Positions 12,737-25,523 are shown, counted from the first letter of the stretch. The stretch is DNA of 64,000 nucleotides from Felis catus (GCF_018350175.1 NC_058368.1:27592001-27656000); one strand, 5' to 3'. Made by a program: numbers and translations. The notes: generated by a model from the sequence alone, not told the origin.

Positions 12737-13552
12737 CAGGCAGCTGGTCCTCTCAACTGAGTCTCTGCTAAGTTGCTATTCAGAAAGGAACCCATGAAGA
12801 AATAAAGACCCAATGAGACTAACGTCACAAATCTCTTCCAAGGCACTGGGTCCCTCCTGTCATGGCCTCTTAGGTACACAGCAGTCATCCAGATGCCAGC
12901 TATTTGCAAGCGATTAAGAACCAGGTAAGTTAAATTGATGATCTGAGATTCTGCCTTGGGGCATTAACTTCAGTCAATTATTGAAGTTACTGCTAGTTCT
13001 GAAATAGTGTTTGCTTTAAATCTCCAATAATGTAAATCTCACAGGCAGGAAGAGTCCCCCAGCAGCCATTCCAGCTCAGTGAGTAACCGGAAAAGATGCT
13101 GAGGAGTTAGGACGCGGTACAGACGAGGGTCTCCCATTTGACTAACACGATGGCCATCTTTGCCACCCAGAGAAGAGATGAAGACTTTTGTTTTGTAGCA
13201 TTCGTGCTGCAGAGAGAAGCCACTGACGGGTTTCAGCTTACAGCACAATAATTCACTTCTGTAAATCATAAATGAGATCATATCATGTCGTAATGAATAA
13301 AATATACACACCGATCCAATGCGGGCAGGCATCTCTCCCTTGTTAATTCTTGTATTTTGTTTGTATTTAACATACCATTAAGTTCTAAACTTCTAAAAGG
13401 TGTCCACTCAACCAATATTTACTCGCAAGCGCTGTGATCTGTGTCGGGGAGTGGGCTGTAGGGAATCTTTGAGCTTTGAGTCTACTGAGTGAGATCGGGT
13501 ATGCTCACAAGCAAATGCAATTCACAGTCACGCTGTAAGGACCCTAAGAGGC

Positions 13553-14019
13553 TGAGTTGGTTTGCTAGGACTTCAACAGCATAGTACCACAATCTGGGTG
13601 GCTTAAAACAACAGTAATTTTTTCCCTTAGAATTCTAGAGGCTAGAAGTTTAAAATCAAGGTGTCAGTAGGGATCCGGCTTTCTCTGAAGACCCTAGGGG
13701 AGGATCCTTCTCCTTCTCTTCCTCGTTTCTTTTTGTCTTCGGCAAGCTTTGGCACTCTTTAGCTTGGAAGCTGCATCGCTCCAACCTCTGCCTTTGTGGC
13801 CACAGGGAGACCTCTGTGTTTCTGCGTATACGTAGCTTTCTTCTTACAAGGATCCCAGTCATATTGGGTTAGGGGCCCACCCTATTCCAGTATGACCTCA
13901 GCTGAACTGATGACATCTGTAATGACCCTTTTTTCCTCGTAAGGTCATAAGTGAGGTATGGGCATTAGGACTTCAACTCCCATCTTTTCGGGGTGGGGGG
14001 CACAATTCGACCCTTAACA
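13553..14019 (-). mobile_element. MaLR solo LTR (MLT1B/C-like)
   Basis: gtaccacaatctgggtggcttaaaacaacag...ttctagaggctagaagtttaaaatcaaggtgtcag...ggggcccaccctattccagtatgacctca...cacaattcgacccttaaca. Confidence 0.88.
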
Positions 14020-15029
14020 GAGGGATCTCGAAAATGATGCCTTCTGGTGAATGACAGCGAAGCATTAAGGTTTAACTCTTACTCCACTCGCAGGGCTCAA
14101 GAATGACTGTAATGTGGCTCATCTGGCCAAAGTGTCAGCAATTGACATCGGGCCCAGTCAGGCATCTGTACTGTGAGTGTCGGGGCTGTCCTTCCAGGGG
14201 AGGGCTGACCGGGAGGAAGGAAGGAAACTGTTTCTATCTTCCTTCCAGGTTTCTGAATCCAGCTGGAGCTAGAAAGAGGGGAGCAGTTTAAGTAAGATGA
14301 CAGATAACAATTTTGATATCAGATTGTGGTGGAGTTTTTAATGTCTGCTAATAAGAATGGCTACTGTCACCTGGAAATAACCAGAAAAGCTATGCCCTCT
14401 ATGTATCGTCCAAGGGCAGGGAAGAGCGGGATTGAAAGAGAATGGTAAGAAACAATTAAGTGGCACCCCATCGTGTGCAGCTGAAACATGTATGGTAGTA
14501 AGAGGATTACGATGGAACTGGTAAAAAAGCCTTCAGTGAAGGGTCAGGTGTAGCTCAGAGTAGCACCACCATGTTGGAGAAACAGACGTTCTCTGTAGAT
14601 TTCACTTGAGCCTTGGCTTGTCATGGAAGGAAGGACCACAGACTTGAGTCTGGGAAAGGTTCTGGTAGAACAGGTGCTTCCCGTGGACACCCCCACCCCC
14701 TTCCTCCGGCCACCTTCCTTTCTCCCCTGCTCCTCACTCTCCCCGTTGCCCCCACACAGCCCCCTCCTTACAGTTCCCCAGTAAGGAGAACCCCCTTCCC
14801 CCCTCCCCCCATTCCACCTTGGAAAACCCTACCCTTCCCCAAAGGTGTCTCAACCCTTTGGTTTCTTCCCTTGTGTTGCAAAAATGAGTAGCCAGGGTGC
14901 AGCCAGATCCCAGAGGAGATGCCCAGCTCAGTCCTGTTGACAGCAGAAAGAGAGGTTGTGTTTATCTTCCTGCGGGAGGGAGACGGTGGGTCCTGAGCAC
15001 TGCCTGGGAGCTTGATGGTGAGGAAAAAT

Positions 15030-15118
15030 CTTGAGTCTCACCTAAAAACCACTGAACCCAAATCTGCATTTTAACAAGATCCTGTGGGATTCATATGCAA
15101 ATTAGCATTTGAGAAGCA
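15030..15118. mobile_element. MER5A-family hAT MITE fragment
   Basis: aatctgcattttaacaagatcc...gattcatatgca...tttgagaagca. Confidence 0.65.
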
Positions 15119-17754
15119 AAAAAAATCAAAAAGGCGCTAAAATCTTGCCTTAACAGACACCCCAGATGATGTCCGTGACATTACGAGAGGAACCCTAAGC
15201 CAGACAGCACTTCCTATATCCCCATATGTTGAGGGGGAGCCTGTGTATTCAAAAGTCTTGCCCTTCTGGGTCATTCTCTGAAAAGCAGCTTCTCAAAATC
15301 CAGATGGTGATGATGACGATGATGATTTTTATGTATAATATATCTACATTTTTTTTTAATTAAAATTGTTAAGGTTTCTGTAGTCACGTGCCTTCATCCA
15401 CCTAGGAGGGCCCACAGCCCTTATCACCTCACAACGGGCTATTGAAATCCATTCTCTAGTAAAGTACTCACACACCACTCAGCCACCTTCTAAGCTCAGT
15501 GAGTCATTCGAAAATAGCAGGTTGTGAGGAAGAAAGTTCTGGGCACAGTTGGTGCCACCAAAGCAGTAGAAACTTGAAAATATCGATTGGATGTTTCTTC
15601 AACATTCCTCAGAGAATGCATTTCACAGAGTGACTAGTTTAAAAGAACAAAACAGAACCTCTGGAGGCCAATGTGACATTCTCCCGAATTCAAAATGTGT
15701 ACAAAATCTAAGTCTGACTTTAAGTTTTGGAGGTTCCCCCCCCCCACACCCAGTAAATATCCATAAAGGTCTCAAGATAGGAATGGAGAACTGTTCTCCA
15801 TTTCCTCCTAGCATATTTTAGCACTTTATTTTAAAATTCTGAACTTTGTTAGGATCTCCTCCCCAGCAACAAACAGCATTAAATCAACAGAATCAGCGGT
15901 CCCAGCCTCAAACCCCTCATACAGGATGGGGAGCAAGATGCATCCCAGATCTACTCCAAGATACATGACACACACGAACCCCTTGAGTAATCCATGCTCT
16001 CACTCTCAAGATGGACTCTAACAAAATGCATGCCCAGACATAACGAGCTCATTTTTCCTCGGCCAAATTGCAATTCAAGTCTAAGAAGCGTATTCGTTTT
16101 GCATGAAATATTCTTTCCAAGAAGTTCCTCCCAGGTGAGGGATTTTAAATGCGCCTGCCTCGACTGAGAAGGCAGACAAATGGCTTTGGCTGGTCAAGGG
16201 TTATATTTCTCACAGCCAGGATATTCCAAATGGTTTCTTATTCCATGGGATCAATAAACAGCCAGGCTCATATGCATAAAACTGTCTTAACCTCGCCAAT
16301 GTTAACACAGACCATTTCTTGAGCTTCTCCCAAGGCGGAGCCTTAAAAAAGCCTGACATCACTGAAATATGTACAGTAACAAAAACAATAAAAGGTTGAA
16401 GATGAGAGAGACAAACTCAGCTCTGGACATGCCCTCAAGACAGTTGTTCAGTGCAATTCAGGCTTTCTTCTTGTGCAGAAGGAACACAGGCCAAATTTAA
16501 CTCTGTCAGCAAGAACAAGCCCAGATTTCTGTCACAGTCATCGTCGCCCCAGATAGGACCTATAAAAAAACCAGCCGATGTGAAATGAATTAATGTGACA
16601 GGGCAATCACTGTTAGTCATAAAACTCCTGGAAGGACCTCGGGCCTGCAGAAGATCACAAAGATCAAAAATGTTTAAATGCCATGATCTCCATTTATAGA
16701 CCTCACTAAGTGCTTGAGTGTCAGGTGGCTAGGCTCAAAATCCATGCCACCCCCTCAGCCACAGCCTGTCTGTGAACATCAGCCATCAGCTCCACAGCCT
16801 GGCCCCTGAAGGGCCAGTGTGCACATGGGATACCGCACTTCCTTTTATACACATATTTCCTTCTGGAAGCAGAACCATGAGAAAATTTTGTCCGTCTACC
16901 TCCTGGAAGGTTTTGTGGGAACGTGTGCTCTTTTCAAATATAGGGTGACTTTTCCTATGAAGCTCTTGTGAGGAAATAGGATCGGAACTGATCGGTCATT
17001 CTCTTTCATTGTGTCTTCTAGCCCCTTCTCTTGGTATCCCATCCCTGTATCACTGTGACCGAAAAGACATTGGCCTTAAGATCCTAAGTCTAGGAAGTTA
17101 GGCTTCCCGTCGGGTTTGCTTCCCTCCAAAACCTCCCAACAGATGGCAAAGAAGGACAACGGGGAAGACTAGTTTGGGCTTCTGCAAAGATAGCCACTTG
17201 TCCATCGTTTGACTGCGGAAGAACCTTCTACCAGTATTGATATTGACCAGTCAGTTGAGCCCTCGGTAAGAACAAACACATATAAAACTCACTGTAAAAA
17301 AGTAGATAAGAATGCAGAATACCAGCAGTCACAAATGAGACACACGAACATGACGGCATCCTTGGACATCACTGCACAAATGGGAAAAGACAACTGGAAA
17401 TTATAACGGCATTCAGTGGCACATATCTATTGAGTCTACCGTGCGCTGACCAATATCCGAGGCCATGCAGGTAGAAAGGGACACACTTGATAGAAAAACA
17501 CTGATGCTGACCTTGAGGACCTCAGGGATAAGTGGGAATACAGAAAAGCGAATGTTTCTGCGGCACAGCGGGGTGGCGGGAGCCAGGCGTTGTTTAACAA
17601 CACAGGTGGGAAGGAAATCGTGCGAGCGCAGAGAGAGATACCTGATCATTTTCAAAGCAACCAGGAACGGTTTCTCAGAGGATGTTTATCACTTAGGAAT
17701 TTTAGAGGACAGGTTAGTCTAACAAACCAGTCGTGTGTGTGGCATATCTGGCTC

Positions 17755-17990
17755 TGTGAGCAGGCAGTAGTGTTAAAAGTCAAATCGGCCTGGGTTTGAA
17801 CCCGGGCTCTGACCCACTAGCGGGATTTGCCCTGAGCAAATCACTTCGCCTTGCTGACTCTCTACTTCTGAATCTATAGGATGGGCAGAGTACTGCGTAT
17901 CTCCTAGAATTCCTATGGGGATAAAATACCACCATACGTCCAAGATGCTCACTACCGTGCTCGGCACATTCTAGACTTCCAACACAACTT
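17755..17990 (+). mobile_element. MIR
   Basis: cctgggtttgaacccgggctctgacccactagc...ctgagcaaatcactt. Confidence 0.75.
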
Positions 17991-18360
17991 CTGTTCCGTT
18001 TCCCACTTTGCGCTTCGGTTCTTAAACCGAGTGGCGGACCACATTCGCGAGAGACCGAGTCCTGAAGGAGAGGAGACTATTGATTTTCACTGCTGCTACC
18101 GGTCTGTTGGCAAAAGTCAGGACTTCGGTGCTGAACTCCAGAAGGGCAGACTTGGGGAGCTGCAGCTGACCCTTGAGGGGACAGCTGGGGGTCCACCAGT
18201 TCTTCTAAGTAATTCAGACTGGACTCATCAGAGTGCTGAGGGCCAGCACCCGAGGTGGCCAAGACAGAGCTCTCCAGGCCGGTTAGTGTCACCGGAGGGG
18301 GTTCGGTCCCGGCTGGAGTCCACAGCATCGAAAAGCAACACTTATTCAATACTACATATT

Positions 18361-18640
18361 AGGGTTGCCAAACTTAGCACATAAAGACACCCGATGTCCA
18401 GTTACATTTGAACTTCGTAGAAACAATGCATGTTTTTTCAGTATAAGTATGTCCCAAATATTCCATGGGACATACTTCTATTAAAAAAGAAAAGTCCATC
18501 GTTTATCTGAAATCCAAATTTACCTGGGTGTTCTGTTTTTATGTCCCAAATATTTCATGGAACATACTCAGGCTGAAAGATTATCTGCTGTTTATCTGAA
18601 GTCCAAATTTAACTGGGTTCCCTGTATTTTATAGCCGGCA
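18361..18640. mobile_element. MER53 palindromic MITE with a duplicated right half
   Basis: Starts agggttgcca; central inverted repeat aagtatgtccca (18445-18456) / tgggacatactt (18466-18477); the right arm gtttatctgaa(a/g)tccaaattt occurs twice. Confidence 0.85.
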
Positions 18641-19044
18641 TACAACATACATATACACAGGCCTAAAGGAAAGAGATATGGTTCTGTCTGCTATAACCCT
18701 GCCGTCCAAAGCAGAGAATCGCCCTGAGGAAAAGTCCAAACTTCTCCATCTGGCATTCCAGGATTTCCGCTATCTGCCCTACTCTTTGCCAGCCCTTTTC
18801 CTACTCCTTCCCAGTAAAGCAGTTCCATTCTAGCCTGGGCAGTCTCCTTCCTGAGCCCTGAACATGTACCAAACAGCCTGCTGTCCCTCACACGGGGACA
18901 TAAATTTGTAGCGTTCTCCCTCCTGCTCACGGGTCCACATCTCAGCCATGCGTCCCAACCTACTCAAATCTCCCCCTCCTCTATGTGTTCCAACATAATC
19001 CCTTGCCAACACTCCCTGCACGCCCCCCCCCCCCCGCCACCCTG

Positions 19045-19061
19045 AGGTCACCTTGAGGTCA
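19045..19061 (+). promoter_or_regulatory. Perfect DR5 nuclear-receptor element (RAR/RXR consensus)
   Basis: AGGTCA-ccttg-AGGTCA; motif match only, function unproven. Confidence 0.4.
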
Positions 19062-19559
19062 CCCTCTCCTGCGTGGAACTCAGGGAACATCTGCTTTCTT
19101 CCTCACTCATTTGGCCTTGGGTTGCCTTGCCAGGTGATTTTCCTATTCCTTTGTCAGCTATGAACTGGTGACTCTAACTCTACAGGGCAAGAAATGACTC
19201 ATTCCCTTTTCTTCTACATCTGCTCTGAGCCCCCCCCACACACACACACCCTTGCCCAGCTGGTGGGAAAAGTAATCCCAGTGACCGAGTGGGTTTCCAC
19301 CACAGGACCATACGTGATTCCCAGGCTTGTTAGCACAGACACCCTTGGGGACAGGGTGGGGCAGGGGTGGGGCAGGAGATAGATGTGGACTCCGGTCAGT
19401 CTTCCAGTCTGCAAACACACCCTGGTACACGCAAATGTCCCCTCCCAAACCACACGGTAGGTCTGGCAACACCTCTTTCCATGGGAGATTGCATTAAGAC
19501 GACTCAGCCTTTAAGACCAAGCTGATGAAGCATTTTCTGACTTCTTCAGAAAGAAGCCG

Positions 19560-20085
19560 ACACCCACACAAGTGCCTGTAGACCCTCCCTGGTACCCCAT
19601 CCTCCCTCCCTCCTTGCTGCATTGCCCATTGCTTCCGCTTTGCTCACTCTGCTCCAGCTACCCTGGCCTCTTTGCTCTTTTGCAAACATGCCGTGCATGC
19701 TCCCTCCTCACGGTCTCTACCCTTGCCGTTCCCTCCGACTGGAAGGTTCTCCCGCCTGTTATTCACACAGCGCCCTCTCTCTCCCCTGCCGGGTCGTTGC
19801 TGGCAGCGTTCACTCTTCAGCCAGGTCTGTGCTGACCTCCCTATTAATAATTGCAGCATCCTTCCCAGCCACCCCCATTCCTGTTCCTGCCTCACTGTTC
19901 TCCTTCACACTCGTCACCAGGTAACGCACATCAGCTTCTCTTATTTGTTGTTTATTGGACCCCATACTGGACTATAAACTCCCTGAGAGCAGGAATTTTT
20001 CCATCTGTTTCGTTTCACTGCTGTAGCCCTAGTCCCAAGACACAAAGATAATCAACACATTTTGTTGAGTGAACAAATGATTTTT
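19560..20085 (+). mobile_element. L2a 3' fragment
   Basis: tgctcactctgctccagctaccctggcctc...gactataaactccctgagagcaggaa...acattttgttgagtgaa. Confidence 0.8.
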
Positions 20086-20369
20086 TTTTCAATATGCTCA
20101 CAAAACATTCTACAAAATCTGTAACCCCACCTAGTTTATTTTCTGGTGTCCGTAGGTTGTACCTCGCCCCCCCCCCCCCAACAGAGCCTTCAGTTTTCTC
20201 TAGTGAATGAACAACGAATGTGCCAGGGAATTGAAGCAAAGGAACTATGTCACGGTCCTTAATGTACGGCAGGTACTTGGCAAATACTTGCTGATCAAAT
20301 AAAAAAGGAAAACGCCAAAAACACATGCACAATTAGAGAGGATCAAATAGGGAATCCTGGAGAAAACCA

Positions 20370-20645
20370 ACGTTGACCTTTGCAGAGGGCAAAGGCACCA
20401 CAGGACGTAGCCACATTCTCCAGTAGAGGCGTAGACAGTGTGTTGAACCGTCTATCTCCTGCTGCTCCCTCCTTTCTGTTGGCGTGCCCTCCCCCTAGTG
20501 TCACACACACAGGCTCTAGCCAGAGTGGCTGGGCGCAGCCCCAGGCAGTGGAGGAGAGTGAAGTTAACTGGCCCCCAGGGGGATTGAACCCAGACTTTGG
20601 CCTCATTAGCACCAGCTGCAACCCACCAGTCGCACACAGACTCCA
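20370..20645 (-). mobile_element. Ancient tRNA-Ile-headed SINE (MamSINE1-like)
   Basis: Minus strand gcagctggtgctaatgaggccaaagtctgggttcaatccccctgggggccagttaacttcactct resembles the 3' two-thirds of tRNA-Ile(AAT), followed by a MamSINE1-like body. Confidence 0.6.
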
Positions 20646-21046
20646 CAAAACAAAGAGAGATCACAGGATGGTTGGACCAGGCCCATGAATAAACCAACAC
20701 ACCCGTAAAGAATGAAATATTTACACGAGCCACAGGATTTAGCAAGACGTCGTGAGGAGAGCATTGAGTGGGAAAGGGAGAGCATCAGGGTTCTTTCCTC
20801 TCAACCAGGAAAGGCAACGCCCCCGCTGTGTGTTTTGAAAGTAGGCACCAGGTCTCTTCAGTCTGATAGCCCCAGCAATTTGCGACAGGGTTTTGCTGCT
20901 GTTGGTGCTCTTTAGATTATTAAAATACATTTCTTTTCTGTTTTAAGACAAACTGATTGCAAACACCTTGGGTGCAAAGACGCTTAATTTTCTCCTAGTT
21001 CAATGCCTTTGTTGATGAATAAGAAAGGCCCATTACGCTATTTCTT

Positions 21047-21263
21047 TTCTTATTAAATTTTTTAAACGTTTATTTTTGAGAGACAGAGAGACAGAGTGCA
21101 AGTCGGGGAGGGGCAGAGAAAGAGGGAGACACAGAATCCGAAGCAGGCTCCAGGCTCCGAGCTGTCAGCACAGAGCCCGACGCCGGGCTTGAACTCACGG
21201 ACCTCGAGATCATGACCTGAGCGGAAGTCGGACACTAAACAGGCTGAGCCACCCAGGCGCCCC
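21047..21263 (-). mobile_element. CanSINE (SINEC_Fc-type)
   Basis: 16-bp TSD cattac(g/a)ctatttctt at 21031 and 21265. Confidence 0.95.
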
Positions 21264-21509
21264 TCATTACACTATTTCTTAAGAGCAGTTAACCAACCCT
21301 TTCTCACACCTCGGCCTTTAGGAAACTTGCAGCTTCCAGAAATCACTGTAGAGTCAGGGATCCTGCAGTAAACGAAGGAGGGGTGGGCAGGTGGTCTATA
21401 GACTCACTGAAAGAGAAGGGTTGCGCTTTTCCCCACCCGTTTATTTGCCTGAAAGCTGTTTAGAGAACGTTGCCACAGCCCTGATGACACTTCTAGGTGA
21501 TTTTCTCAG

Positions 21510-21900
21510 TCACATCCTCCTTGCAGAGCCTGAGACAAGGATTATAGTACAGCTATTTTCTTTGGGAAGTAAAACCCTAGAGAGGTGAGGGTGAGAAGAA
21601 AAGGGGAAGAAGGGCAGGGAAGACAAGAAGCAATGTGATGCCATGGCCACCAGAATGGCTTCTTGGTGGGTGGCCAAAGACACGGGCTGCTCTGTGGTGT
21701 GTCCCCTCAGCCTGAGGAACGGCTGTAGGTTTGCCGGGAGACGCCACCCCTCAGAGACAGAATAGGTTCCCCATCTCGTTACCCGAGTCCACGTTCACTC
21801 CCGGGGAGGCAACATCCTGCTCTTCTGGGTGTCTTCTGGTCCCTGAGCAGCCACTCCGGAAACCAGGTCCCATGCCCCGGCTGTAGCATGACATCTAAAT
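21510..21900. mobile_element. ERVL-class LTR fragment (LTR16/LTR33-like)
   Basis: cagagcctgagacaaggatt...ctattttctttgggaagt...gaggtgagggtgagaag. Confidence 0.45.
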
Positions 21901-23329
21901 CCTGGAGTAGACGGCATCTGGAATGAATGTGCTCCACAGTGAGGCTGTGAGGTTTAGGGCCTCAGCTTGGCAAGGGGTCCATTCCAGAGCTTGGCAAAAG
22001 CAGCGATGCCGTTGGTGGGGGATGTGGGGACGGGCGGCCTCTTCAGAAACAAGGTACTCCTGAAGGGCATCTGAGGGCACCTCCGATGTTTGTGTCCCAT
22101 ACAGGGGGGATCTCAAAGAGTTCTTCCTACTTCCAAAGTAGGTGCACAGTTTCTTCACAGAACACTTTTTTGAAATCCGTTGTCATCCCTTTTGGCTAAT
22201 TTGTTCGCTTAAATCCAAGTCGGGACACAGATTCACTTGGAACGATTCTGCTACCTTCCCCTTCTTAGGCCCACGTTGTTTCGCACTTTTTCAATACCGT
22301 ATTCCCAAATTCCTCTTGCTTTAGCCCAAGCGACACCTTGTTTCACTCTCCCACCCAGGCCCTTTCCTCAGCAGAGGACTAAAATTCTCCGAGACTACAC
22401 CTGGGAACCTGGGTTTCAAGATGGTGACTTTGAACGACACACAAGCCTCAAGAAAGATCGTTCGGCCTGTCAAGGTAGCAGTTGCAATTAAGTTGGCTCC
22501 CATGGGAAACGATTCTGAGATGGGAGATGGGGAGAACGAGACTTGGAGGCAGCCCCTCCAGGTTCACGGTCTGTCTCTCGTCATCATTGTCCTAGTGCTC
22601 CTTGAGGCTTGAGTGCCCCACTTCTCACTTGCAGAGACTGGCGTCACAGGTAAGCACAGCATCTCTGCGAGGTGCTGGTGAGATGCTGCAGTGACATTTT
22701 AATCCACTGACGTCCAAGGCTTCCAGAGAACTCGAGATGTAAGACGAGAGGCGGTTTGGATCCAGTTAGCAGTTTCTTTCAAAAAGGTGATAGAATATGC
22801 ATATTTTCCCAGATGGAACGCAGGCATGTTCCCACCATTTTCCACAGATCATTGATTATTTTGTACTTGAACGCAGCTAAGGTAAGGGTGTGTGTGGGGG
22901 GGTGGTGTACATGCACACGTGTATGAGGGGTTATGAGGCCACAGAATGAGGCAGGAATAAGATCTGAAAAAAGTCTCCACCCCAGCCCCGTGACAACACA
23001 AAGGAAATCAATGCAATGCAGTAGGCTATTTTAGAGGCAGCCGATGAATAGAAATCTCTCCGCCATCGCCCTGTGCTCAGAAGAGACAGGGACCCCTCCT
23101 GCCCTTTCGCTGTTCTGCCTCCAAGACCCATTGTCATGCTTTTTTCGGGAGAAGTTGAAAATTAATTTGGTTTCCCTGCATCTTGTCCTATTTTTGTGTA
23201 AGTGCGAACTGTTCACTCAAAAATAAAAATAAAGGATCAGGCGAGATGCATGCAACTGCCTTTTCTACATAAGGATGAAAAACTGGTTATGAAGGAGGTT
23301 AATGTTGTTATTCCAGAGAGATAACCCCG

Positions 23330-23343
23330 GTTGCTATGGCAAG
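23330..23343. promoter_or_regulatory. RFX X-box-like motif
   Basis: GTTGCTATGGCAAG versus palindromic consensus GTTGCYATGGCAAC; motif match only. Confidence 0.35.
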
Positions 23344-24569
23344 GAATCTTCTGTCAATCACCCCGATGAAGTTGGCTCTTCTTGTAAGAACAGCCTCGAT
23401 CAGAGCTACAGTTTGAATATATTTGCCGCTGAGCTTTGACTCAAATGTTTAACTTAGTGGACAGGTCTGTGTTTTAGCAATTGGAATATTGTAGACTTTA
23501 AACGTGATGCCTATAGAATGTGGCTGAGTGAAACCTCATGCTCTCAGAACGGGCCAATTTAACCACGAGGCCGGAAATTCTTCAATCTCTGAAAAAGCGT
23601 GTAAGGATTTGGGCAAGAATAGAGCTAACCGTTGACCAACGGAGGAAAAGACCCAAAGAATATGTTACAAGATGTGGTGTGATTTGGTTTGTAAAATGGG
23701 AGATCTTCTTCATGGATTAGTTGATTGATTTTTTTTTTTTTTTTAATTTCAATGGTTTTGATCTGTGGTGTTCACGGCTTAATGATCTGCCATTCCTGCT
23801 GAAATTTATTCAGGCAATAATCCACAAGAAATTGGTTGTTTTCAGCGGTTTATGACTTGTTATTTAACATTTAACAGAATGGCTATTTATTTTGGAAACA
23901 ACCAATTGTGAGAGGTTTATTGCTATTGTAAACCATAATCAACTGCTTGTATCATTGCTAGTTTTGCACGAGATAAAATGGGCAGCTGCGAGGGGAAATT
24001 GTTGAGTAGCTTTAAAACATTTGCATCTCCCATCGTACAGGGGAGCCAGCCACTTCACCTTGGAGTTCGCCTTACATTCGCGGCAACTATGCACTTGCCT
24101 TTGGTGCGAAATATTTGGCCTTCCGGTTAAAATCGGATCCAAAAAAGATAATGCTCCAGAAGGTCTCTGCAATGGTTTTTTTTTGCAATCACTTACATGG
24201 AAAAAGAAGATACGATTTGGATGAGCTAGGACAATGCTGTAGATTACATTTTGTTTATCCCAGTATCATAGTAGGAATTAAGTTTCACGGCATCTCGAGA
24301 AACCCAAGCGTTTGAGTAATTTATTCCACCAAACCCTCAGAGAGCTCCTACTGTCACCAGGGTTTCTGCTTTGGCTCTTGCTGTTCCACTCGCTGTAGAT
24401 TCACTGCAGTGACTGAAACTGCGGACCTGATTAGATCTCTGAGCGGCACTCAGTTTGGAGCCCCGGCCAGCACATGTGGCCGTAGGTGACAAGTTAGAGA
24501 GAACACTGTGTGCATTGAAGCCACCCAGACTCTCTGGGGCAAGTCTGGTCTGAGTTGTTTGGAATTTCT

Positions 24570-24790
24570 TTTTTTTTTTTTTTTAATGTTTATTTATTTT
24601 GAGAGAGAGAGAGAGCACGTGCGTGAGAGCAAGCAGGGGAGGGGGAGAGAGGGGGAGAGAGAGAATCTTAAGCAGGCTCCACATTCAGCCTGAAGCTTGA
24701 CCCAGGACTCAATCTCATGACCCTGAGATCATGACCCTCAGCCAAGATCAAGAGTCAGATGCTTAACCGACTGAGCCACTCAGGAGCCCC
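24570..24790 (-). mobile_element. CanSINE (older subfamily)
   Basis: TSD tt(g/a)tttggaatttct at 24555 and 24791. Confidence 0.92.
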
Positions 24791-24904
24791 TTATTTGGAA
24801 TTTCTGATGGGAACCAGAGAATCTGGGAGCTGGGGCCGTGGAGGGGAGTGAGGGCCTCAAGGTCCCCAGCAGATGGGGGTCCTGGGGCAATGAAACTTCG
24901 TGAG

Positions 24905-25090
24905 GGTGAGCAAATCACGGCATCTCTCTGAGCCTCAATTCCCACCTTCAAAAATGGAGACGATAATAATAATACCACCTCTCCTACTATAAAAAGGTTA
25001 CCCTAAGAAACAAAGAGTAGGGTAATAGATCAAAAAATAGATTATGAAAGGGCTAGGATTTTCAATGCAATGCTATAATTATAAACATTT
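24905..25090 (+). mobile_element. MIR
   Basis: gagcaaatcac...ctctctgagcctcaattcccaccttcaaaaatggagacgataata. Confidence 0.65.
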
Positions 25091-25517
25091 TATTTGTAGT
25101 TATTCTGCATGTTTCGAAGCAGACTAAATCAGTTAAACAGCCACAAAGATTTTGTTTCAATACAATTGATATATTTGAAAGTTTGTTTTGTGATGGGACC
25201 TCCTCACCCAGAAGGTTTTCCCAGCAAGAGCCCATGTACACGATTTCTCTTTAGCAAAAAGGGCTGTCAGAAGGAAGGGCGCATTTTTATCTCCTGCCTG
25301 GGAAAGAGGAACCATTTGCTGAGGTGCAGCCCCCTTCCTGCTCCTGCAGCAAATGTCTATCAAGGGTGTGGTGGAGGTTGGGGGGTGGCATGGGTTTTAT
25401 TAGTAGTTCCAGACCACAGTCCCCAGAGGGGCTTTGAAGACTCCAGGGACACAAGGAGCCAAAGAGTGATAGGCAAGGGAGGAGGGAACAGAAAGAGATG
25501 CACGGAAAAAGACAAAA

Positions 25518-25523
<6 letters not shown>

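Noticed and set aside
16555..16570. TATAAAA box
   Set aside because: No CpG island, initiator or downstream exon support.
20563..20640. Functional tRNA-Ile gene
   Set aside because: The 5' half is degenerate, there is no T-run terminator, and the sequence continues into a SINE body.
3550..24880. CTCF-like motifs (about 3556, 3815, 17135, 24866)
   Set aside because: Each mismatches a core position; expected by chance.
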